64,000 nucleotides of DNA from Chitinophagaceae bacterium. Lineage in GTDB: Bacteria; Bacteroidota; Bacteroidia; Chitinophagales; Chitinophagaceae. The notes below the pieces were generated by a model, which ran no database searches, was not told the DNA's origin, and was given only the letters and a program-made list of their open reading frames with translations. Of this stretch, positions 57,027-64,000 are shown piece by piece. The DNA lies in assembly GCA_947457465.1 (NCBI GenBank), contig CANGWB010000005.1:11829-75828 (forward strand), in the 5' to 3' direction. Every line of letters begins with the position of its first letter. Within the stretch, counting starts at the first letter, position 1. A program made the position numbers and the translations under genes.

Positions 57027-58541
57027 TTATTTCTTTTTTGAGATCGTCCATAACGCGATGAACGTCAACAACCCGTTGATCACGATCAACTCCGGTCCGA
57101 TCTTATATCCATGAAATACCGCGGCAGACCATTCATTCAATCCCAATTGAACACCCAGTTTGCCCTCGTAGTAGGCAGGGTTAGAAAGCAAGTCTAAGCA
57201 GAACGTCAGCAGGGGACCCAATGAAGCCACCCAAGGCACCCAGCGGTTGCGTAAGGAACGACTCGTCAGCATGCCGAATGCGAACAAGCCCAATAGCGGT
57301 CCGTATGTTATACCCGCAAATTTGATGATGAATTGAATGATCGATTTGTCGTTGATGGCTTTGAAGAGCATGACCATTCCAAAAAATAAAACGGCAAAGG
57401 AAACATGCACCAGCAGGCGAATGCGCTTTTTCTCCGACTCGCTGCGAGCCGACTCCCGAAAACCCAACAGATCGATACAGAAACTGGAAGTCAGCGAAGT
57501 GATCGCGCCATCCACACTTGGAAAAAGAGCAGAGATCAAGGCGATGATGAAGATCACACCGATGGTTCCGGAAAAGGCATCTCCCAGTGCCAGGGCCGGG
57601 AACAGATCATCACCGGAAGCAGGAACGCCATTCAATAAAACGGGATGCTGTGCCGCATACAGGTACAACACACCCCCCAGAATCAAAAACAACAGATTGA
57701 CCAAAACGAGAACGCTACTCATGGTCATCATATTCTTTTGAGAAGCTCCAAGCGTGCGTACACTGATGTTCTTCTGCATCATCTCCTGATCAAGCCCGGT
57801 CATCGTAATGGTGATGAACATTCCACCCAAAAATTGTTTCCAGAAATAGCCGGGGTGCTGAATGTCCCAGTTGAAGATGCGGGTATAGCCTTTTTCGCCC
57901 AGTGCCGACCAGGCCGATGAAAGATCAAGCTCCATGGTTTGCAAGAGTGCGATCAAGCAGACGATCAGTCCGATCAGCATACCGGATGTTTGCAGGGTAT
58001 CGGTGAACACGATCGTCTTTACACCACCCTCAATGGTATACAACATGATCAGCAGCAAGATCACCAACGCGGTGAGCCAAAAAGGAACACCTAAACGATC
58101 CAAGATGAAAAGTTGCAGAATGTTCACCACCAGAAACAAGCGGGCGGTAGCCCCAACGGTGCGGGAAAGTAAAAAGTAAGAGGCCCCGGTTCGATGGGCC
58201 GCTCGACCGAAACGCTGCGAGAGATACGTGTAGATGCTTGTCAGATTCAGCCGATAGTATAGAGGCAAGAGCACAAAAGCGACTACGATATAGCCAAGTA
58301 AATAACCTAGTACGAGCTGGAAATAATGAAAGTTGCCCTTCCCCACATCGCCCGGTACACTGACGAACGTAACCCCGGAAAGGGAGGTACCGATCATACC
58401 GAATGCCACCAGCACCCAATTGCTATTTCGGTTTCCAATGAAGAACGACTCATTATCGGCGTTGCGGGATGTATACCAGGCCACGCCCAATAACAACAGG
58501 AAGTAGCCGATCACGAAGGAGAATAGAATGATGGGTGTCAT
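57027..58541 (-). CDS. Sodium:solute symporter family protein
   Basis: About 13 TM helices; GTSLSGVTF.SVPG, GG.KT...TDTLQ, GLDQ.MMQK. Confidence 0.92.
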   Translation of the reverse strand: MTPIILFSFVIGYFLLLLGVAWYTSRNADNESFFIGNRNSNWVLVAFGMIGTSLSGVTFVSVPGDVGKGNFHYFQLVLGYLLGYIVVAFVLLPLYYRLNLTSIYTYLSQRFGRAAHRTGASYFLLSRTVGATARLFLVVNILQLFILDRLGVPFWLTALVILLLIMLYTIEGGVKTIVFTDTLQTSGMLIGLIVCLIALLQTMELDLSSAWSALGEKGYTRIFNWDIQHPGYFWKQFLGGMFITITMTGLDQEMMQKNISVRTLGASQKNMMTMSSVLVLVNLLFLILGGVLYLYAAQHPVLLNGVPASGDDLFPALALGDAFSGTIGVIFIIALISALFPSVDGAITSLTSSFCIDLLGFRESARSESEKKRIRLLVHVSFAVLFFGMVMLFKAINDKSIIQFIIKFAGITYGPLLGLFAFGMLTSRSLRNRWVPWVASLGPLLTFCLDLLSNPAYYEGKLGVQLGLNEWSAAVFHGYKIGPELIVINGLLTFIALWTISKKK

Positions 58542-58587
58542 AAATGTGAAAGTTTGAAGGTAGCCAAAAAACCACTACTTTTTATCC

Positions 58588-59145
58588 ATGGAAATACGAT
58601 CGGTGGCCGCCTTTTGCGGCTCTAAGAATGGCAACGATCCGGCCTTTGTGAATGACGCCAGACGATTGGGAGAACAACTCGCTAAAAATGGCATCAAGGT
58701 GGTATATGGTGGCGGTAGTGCCGGATTGATGGGAAGTGTAGCAGATGGCGCACTGCATAAACAAGGAACCGTCATCGGTATTTTACCCAAGCTGATGGTA
58801 GAGTGGGAAGTGGCGCATCGAAAACTGACCGAATTGATCATTTGTGACGATATGCACGAGCGCAAGAAAATGATTTATGCCCGTTGTGATGCGGCAATCA
58901 TTTTGCCGGGCGGATTTGGAACACTGGACGAACTGTTTGAGGTGTTGACCTGGAATCAGCTCACCATACACGACAAGCTGATCGGTATTCTGAATACGAA
59001 TGGATTTTACGATCACCTGCTGAACCACCTCACACATATGAAAAAAATCGGGTTTCTTTATGAAGGAGCCTACGAAAAGATCCACGTACGAAACACTCCT
59101 GAAGAAATGATCAAGTGGCTGACTCAGCGGGAGGAGTTGCCCTGA
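58588..59145 (+). CDS. LOG family (TIGR00730) nucleoside monophosphate phosphoribohydrolase
   Basis: VYGGG..GLMG, MHERK, LPGGFGTLDE motifs. Confidence 0.93.
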   Translation: MEIRSVAAFCGSKNGNDPAFVNDARRLGEQLAKNGIKVVYGGGSAGLMGSVADGALHKQGTVIGILPKLMVEWEVAHRKLTELIICDDMHERKKMIYARCDAAIILPGGFGTLDELFEVLTWNQLTIHDKLIGILNTNGFYDHLLNHLTHMKKIGFLYEGAYEKIHVRNTPEEMIKWLTQREELP

Positions 59146-59735
59146 AAAAGCGGAATCTGCAATCCGCCACGAACGATCGGAATGGTTCGACCGTAAGCAT
59201 CCGTATAGGGCGAATTGATATCACCACCTATATCGAACATGACTGCCAGATAATAGAACGGTCGACCACCCCGGCCTTGGCGACCCGAGGTATATCCCCC
59301 TCCGATCAACGTGCTGGAGGCTCCCACTGAAATTTTTTCCTTGACACCAGCCACCGGAATAAATGTCTGTTGAATCGAATTGCGCTCTACTTGTCCCTGT
59401 ACAAAAAGAAAACGGACAGGATAAATCCGGGCAAATCCCCCGCCACCGAAAAGCGTCTGACGAAGCTTGTCGTTCAATACGCCATTGTAATCTCGATAAC
59501 TGGTATACGTCGCATTGACTACAACACCCGCATCCAGCCAGTTGGTCAAGCTATAACCCAATACTGGCGATCCGCCCACCAGAAATGTATTGCCAAAAAA
59601 AGAAAATGAAACACTTCCGCCGGTGAACAGATTTTCCTGAAAAGGCCTCTTCTCGTCATCTGCACCATCACGAAATTGAGCCAGAGAGCAGAAGCTCATC
59701 AGCGATGTCATAACAAAAAGCAAAAAGGATCGCAT
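59124..59735 (-). CDS. Hypothetical outer membrane beta-barrel protein
   Basis: Signal peptide, alternating G/aromatic strands (FTGGSV, SP.LGY, GGGY). Confidence 0.7.
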   Translation of the reverse strand: MRSFLLFVMTSLMSFCSLAQFRDGADDEKRPFQENLFTGGSVSFSFFGNTFLVGGSPVLGYSLTNWLDAGVVVNATYTSYRDYNGVLNDKLRQTLFGGGGFARIYPVRFLFVQGQVERNSIQQTFIPVAGVKEKISVGASSTLIGGGYTSGRQGRGGRPFYYLAVMFDIGGDINSPYTDAYGRTIPIVRGGLQIPLFQGNSSR

Positions 59736-59745
59736 AACGAAGATT

Positions 59746-61164
59746 TTACTTTGAGGAAGCTGTTGGAAGGATCTTCCCCGGATTCAGAATTTGGTTCGGA
59801 TCGAAGGCCTGTTTGACGGATCGCATGAGATCCAGGTTTACCGGCGAAAAAACGATATCCATGAAATCTTTTTGAATGAGCCCGACCCCATGTTCCCCAC
59901 TGATCGTACCGCCCAAGCCATGTACCAATTTGAAAAGATCGCGGAGGATCGTTTGTACGCCGGCATGTCCATAACTATTGGGAACCCCCGGATGATGGAT
60001 ACGAATATGCAGATTGCCATCGCCGGCATGCCCATAGCAAACCACCTCAAATCCGTGTTCCGCCCCTAGCTCCTTCACCCCCCGGATCAATGCCGGTAGC
60101 TCCGCCCTTGGCACCACCGTATCTTCTTCGATCGTATAGCCAACCAATTTAACAGCCTCAGCTACCCGCCGGCGAAGTTTCCAAAGAGCCGCTTTCTGTT
60201 GAGCATCATCGGCAAAATAGATCTCCCCGATATCATATTGCATGAGCAACGCACCGATGGATTCCATCTCCTGCATCAACACATCAAGATTATTGCCATC
60301 CACTTCAATGATCAGGTGCGCAGCTGTATCGTCTGTAATCGGCACGATCGCATCGGGCACCATCTTGCTCACGATCTTCAATGCATTGATCTCCATCAAC
60401 TCGAGTGCACTGGGAACAAATCCGGCTCGAAAGATCGCACTGACGGCTTCTCCCGCCTGCTCCAGATTTCGGAATGGTACCAGCATCAAAAGATCATGCT
60501 TCGGAAAGGGGATCAATTTCAATACGATCTTGGTTACAATACCCAGCGTTCCTTCGCTTCCAACCATCAGCTGCGTCAGATTATATCCGGTAGAATTCTT
60601 CAATACGTTCGCCCCGGTCCAGATCACCTCTCCGCTGGCCAAGACCACTTGCAGGTTGAGCACATAATCTTTTACGACACCGTATTTGACCGCTTTCGGT
60701 CCGCCACTGTTCTCGGCAATATTTCCTCCGATGAAACACGAACCGCGGCTGCTCGGGTCTGGCGGATAAAACAATCCTTTTTCTTTCACGGCATTTTGCA
60801 ACACTTCAGTAATAACACCGGGCTCAACCGTCACTTGCAGATTTCGTTCATCGATCTCCACGATCCGATTCATCCGCTCCGTCGATAGAGAAACACCGCC
60901 CAGATGCGGCAGTGCGCCTCCACTAAGACCAGTACCAGCCCCTCGGGCGGTGACAGGTATATGTTGCTGATTACAATATTTCAGGATGGATTGTATGGCT
61001 TGAGTATCGGTTGGTTTAAGTACAACTTCCGGCGGGAATAACAGATTCTCTGTTTCATCCCGGCCATATCGCTGCAGCGATTCTTCATCCACCAGTACAA
61101 ATTCTGCACCGATTACGGAGCGAAAGAAATCCAGGTCCTCAGACCTAACCAGTTTATATGCCAT
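59746..61164 (-). CDS. FAD-linked oxidase, GlcD / D-lactate dehydrogenase family
   Basis: RGAGTGLSGG, PPDPSS...IGGN, GSEGTLG, GHAGDGNLH, SGEHGVG, DP..ILNPGK. Start moved to ATG 61164. Confidence 0.9.
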   Translation of the reverse strand: MAYKLVRSEDLDFFRSVIGAEFVLVDEESLQRYGRDETENLLFPPEVVLKPTDTQAIQSILKYCNQQHIPVTARGAGTGLSGGALPHLGGVSLSTERMNRIVEIDERNLQVTVEPGVITEVLQNAVKEKGLFYPPDPSSRGSCFIGGNIAENSGGPKAVKYGVVKDYVLNLQVVLASGEVIWTGANVLKNSTGYNLTQLMVGSEGTLGIVTKIVLKLIPFPKHDLLMLVPFRNLEQAGEAVSAIFRAGFVPSALELMEINALKIVSKMVPDAIVPITDDTAAHLIIEVDGNNLDVLMQEMESIGALLMQYDIGEIYFADDAQQKAALWKLRRRVAEAVKLVGYTIEEDTVVPRAELPALIRGVKELGAEHGFEVVCYGHAGDGNLHIRIHHPGVPNSYGHAGVQTILRDLFKLVHGLGGTISGEHGVGLIQKDFMDIVFSPVNLDLMRSVKQAFDPNQILNPGKILPTASSK

Positions 61165-61223
61165 GTTGGGGAGGTGATAAGTCGATGCAAAAATCGGCAA
61201 TCTAAGGGGAATTCCGAGACAGA

Positions 61224-62261
61224 TCAGTAGCGAAAAGAAGGGCACATGGATTCACGGCCGTTGCCCCGATACCGATCTCGTCGACCTTGCTTGATCAATG
61301 AAAGTTCAAAGGCACCTCTGGCACCATTGAAGGCATTCAAGCCTGATAGCGTAACATCGTAAGAGAAGGTGAATACCAGTTCATTTAAACCGATCCCTAC
61401 TATTGGAATGATGGATTCGCGGTGACGATAACCGATACCGGCCAGGAGTTCAGTAGCTCCATCCCCGCTGGCATTATACCGACCGATCAGGCTTCCCATG
61501 ATTTGGGAAGCGCGTGCCTGAAGCGTGTAATAGGCAGACGGACTCAGGATCACTCGATCATTCAACTTAAAGCTGCTATTGAAAAAACCATTGTATCGAA
61601 CACTCAACCGATTATCGACTCCACCTGTGGAAGCAAAAAAACTTTCACGAGGTCGGTTCACATGCATCACAGAGACCCCGCCATTCAGCCAGACTCGGTC
61701 GTTCGGAAAATAAGCATAATTCAATCCGGTCTGCAGGTCGAGATAATTGGATTGATTGGTCAGCAACACCGGCGCTCCAGTTTGATGCACATCGAAAAAT
61801 TGTCCGTTCCACTGACTGGGAAAGCTGAGCCCTTGCGTATTGATCTGTTTATTAGACCAACCCACATTGAAACCCAAACTCAACAAACTTCCTTCCCCAA
61901 GCATCTGATGATACGCAACCGCGCCGTATGCCTTGGTGGACGTGAGCACACCTGCTCCCGCCACATCCCGCAACAACAAACCACCCAACCCGATCCATCC
62001 GTTCGCGTCGGGATCCGACATGACCTGCATATCCCCGAATAAACTCATGGTCTTGTAAGGGAAAGCGGTTACCGATGACCACTGATTTCGGTATTGTGCA
62101 CCCATTCGATAGTCTCCATCCGGAATGAAACCCGCATTCGCCGGATTGGTGAGCAGCGGACTATTCATGAACTGAGAAAAATGCAGATCCTGTGCGTTCG
62201 TGTTGGCAGACATGCAAACGAACAGCACGGAAAGGATTCCATATCGTAAGAAACGCATCAT
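61224..62261 (-). CDS. PorP/SprF family T9SS outer membrane protein
   Basis: QDLHFSQF...PL.TNPANAG, YRNQW, SYD.T.S.L, G.FELSL...CP.F; ATGA-coupled to a type B CTD protein. Confidence 0.88.
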   Translation of the reverse strand: MMRFLRYGILSVLFVCMSANTNAQDLHFSQFMNSPLLTNPANAGFIPDGDYRMGAQYRNQWSSVTAFPYKTMSLFGDMQVMSDPDANGWIGLGGLLLRDVAGAGVLTSTKAYGAVAYHQMLGEGSLLSLGFNVGWSNKQINTQGLSFPSQWNGQFFDVHQTGAPVLLTNQSNYLDLQTGLNYAYFPNDRVWLNGGVSVMHVNRPRESFFASTGGVDNRLSVRYNGFFNSSFKLNDRVILSPSAYYTLQARASQIMGSLIGRYNASGDGATELLAGIGYRHRESIIPIVGIGLNELVFTFSYDVTLSGLNAFNGARGAFELSLIKQGRRDRYRGNGRESMCPSFRY

Positions 62262-64000
62262 CGGATCAGTGTGATGTCTCCTTTTTTATTGACTTCCACG
62301 CCATCAAAGAAGGTGGCGCTGAGTGTGTATACATAAACATCCATCGGTTGCATTACACCATTGAATTTTCCGTTCCATCCGATGTTCGGATCGTTGGTCT
62401 CAAATACTTTTTGCCCCCAACGGTTCCAGATCGTGAATTTCAATTGTGAAATACCGTATCCTCTTACATACAGGATGCTGTTCGCATCACTTGTCATGGG
62501 TGTGAACGCATTGGGTACATCGATGGCTGGGATGACCAATGCCTGTACCGGCTGACAAATTTGTCGCGGACAACCCAAAGAATTGTATGCGGTCAGACAG
62601 GCCTGGAACTGACCTGTAGCACGATACTGATGTGTCACCGGCGCTCTCGAAACCGTCAACAAAGAATCCCCATCGCCAAAATCCCAACGGAATCGGACTG
62701 CATCGCTGCTGGAATTATTTGTAAAGGTGGTGGGTGTATTCGCCTGAGGTTGCAAAGGAGTAAAGGTAAATGCAGCCGTAGGCGCATCCAATACTCGAAT
62801 GGTGAACCGTGCCGTATCCGTCCCGTTGCAGGTGTTTGCGTTGGTGGTGACCAGCACTACATTGTACAGCCCGGGATTATTGTACAAATGAGTAGGGCTG
62901 GATTGAGTAGAAGTCGATCCATCTCCAAAATCCCAGAAATAACTTTGTGCAGACACTGAATTGTCTGTGAATACAGCATTGTAGGGTCGACATCCTTCCA
63001 AAGGCGTCGAAAACGAGGCTTTCACATTGGTCGCCACACTGATGGGCACAATCAACGAATCAGGACCGTTACAATAATTCGTATCGACAAGGATCAATTT
63101 TACGTTGTATGTACCTGGCCCCGGAAAACTATGAAAGACAGCTGCACTGCCTGCTGTAACGCGTGGTGAACCATCCCCGAAATCCCACACAAACGACTGA
63201 CCAGTGAATGGCCGTGGCGCCGGGGGAACCGAGGTATTATCGAACCGATAATTGAACTGTGTACAAGGTGGCAGTTTGACCGGCTGGAACCCGACCGTTG
63301 CTTTCAAGTCACTAACGCGTATCTGCATCCGGGCCGTATCGCGGATATTACAACTCGACGAATCCACTGCCACCAGCATCACGTTATATAAACCAGCCGC
63401 CTGATACTGATGAGAAGCGGTGGCTGTAGTTGTAACGATCTGCGGCGAACCATCCCCGAAGATCCACTCATAAAATACTCCGTTTGCGATCGTATCCCGA
63501 AAATCAACTGTGAGCGGAACACAACCGGCGGTGTCGCGAGGAACGCCGTTGATGCTGGATTGTACAGATGCACGAATACCGGCTAGGTCCATATCGATCT
63601 TCAGCATGGTCAAGTTACATTGCCCTCCACCTGTGGCATTGTTCGTAGTTGACCAAGCACCAATAGTCGTCGGATATGTGGGCAACGGTGGCGTACTCAA
63701 TGCCTTGCAATTCCCACAGATCGCTTGATAGATAACGCCCTCTCGATCAAACCGGCTGGTACCGCCATCGACATGGTCGCATCCTTCGCCGGCCCGGTTA
63801 TTCTCCCCGAAGAAACTGGCAAAGAGTAAGGACTCCGCATTTCGCTTGATGACGATGAAATAAAGATCCCTCCCATCGGTCGTTGTTTTGAATGCATTCG
63901 GTGTAACCGGTAATCCGGTCGTACCGGCACTGTTGTATCCGTTCGTATTGACAAAGAAGCCGCCCCAACCGGATATATAAATATTCTCGCATCTATCTAC
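62258..64000 (-). CDS. Large PKD-repeat T9SS cargo with type B (gliding-motility-associated) CTD, 3' part (runs off the right edge)
   Basis: The frame is open from 64000 to the stop at 62258 (checked manually; includes HVDGGTSRFD); four W.FGDG PKD repeats; VPNAFTP...WNRWGQ.VF...WNG...VY.Y CTD. Confidence 0.9.
   Translation of the reverse strand, partial: VDRCENIYISGWGGFFVNTNGYNSAGTTGLPVTPNAFKTTTDGRDLYFIVIKRNAESLLFASFFGENNRAGEGCDHVDGGTSRFDREGVIYQAICGNCKALSTPPLPTYPTTIGAWSTTNNATGGGQCNLTMLKIDMDLAGIRASVQSSINGVPRDTAGCVPLTVDFRDTIANGVFYEWIFGDGSPQIVTTTATASHQYQAAGLYNVMLVAVDSSSCNIRDTARMQIRVSDLKATVGFQPVKLPPCTQFNYRFDNTSVPPAPRPFTGQSFVWDFGDGSPRVTAGSAAVFHSFPGPGTYNVKLILVDTNYCNGPDSLIVPISVATNVKASFSTPLEGCRPYNAVFTDNSVSAQSYFWDFGDGSTSTQSSPTHLYNNPGLYNVVLVTTNANTCNGTDTARFTIRVLDAPTAAFTFTPLQPQANTPTTFTNNSSSDAVRFRWDFGDGDSLLTVSRAPVTHQYRATGQFQACLTAYNSLGCPRQICQPVQALVIPAIDVPNAFTPMTSDANSILYVRGYGISQLKFTIWNRWGQKVFETNDPNIGWNGKFNGVMQPMDVYVYTLSATFFDGVEVNKKGDITLIR

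Noticed and set aside
61224-64000. Type B CTD PKD protein coupled to a PorP/SprF gene as a novel system
   Set aside because: The pairing of type B cargo with a cognate SprF/PorP protein is established.

Overview
A 64-kb, gene-dense chromosomal segment of a Bacteroidota bacterium, most likely Chitinophagaceae-like. Support for this: TAnnTTTG promoters, type IX secretion (T9SS) genes porT and porP/sprF, type A and type B CTD cargo, and a separate atpD-atpC unit. Most genes are housekeeping: the start of the dcw cluster (mraZ-rsmH-ftsL-ftsI-murE), queA, atpDC, dnaX, pyruvate dehydrogenase E2, engB, menG/ubiE, comM/yifB, pyrD, rsmE, dnaB, recN, nif3, rlmI-like, grpE-dnaJ and hpt. I saw no tRNA, rRNA, CRISPR array, IS or prophage. 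The best second-look signals are these. (1) An A11 tract in dnaX where loss or gain of one A gives an almost immediate stop at the gamma/tau boundary. (2) A two-gene cassette that looks like a free-standing pro-domain plus a pro-domain-less T9SS metzincin. (3) A DUF1800 / DUF1501-T9SS-CTD / monoheme cytochrome c lipoprotein operon with odd Tat-like signals and an ECF-type promoter. (4) An internally deleted porP/sprF relic absent from the ORF track. (5) A DnaA-box cluster next to MraZ-type repeats upstream of the dcw operon. (6) Tandem palindromic operators over a TonB-receptor promoter. (7) At least 13 genes with a -7 promoter box only 4-6 nt before the start codon, suggesting pervasive leaderless mRNAs. 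All calls come from motif recognition by eye; no database searches were run.
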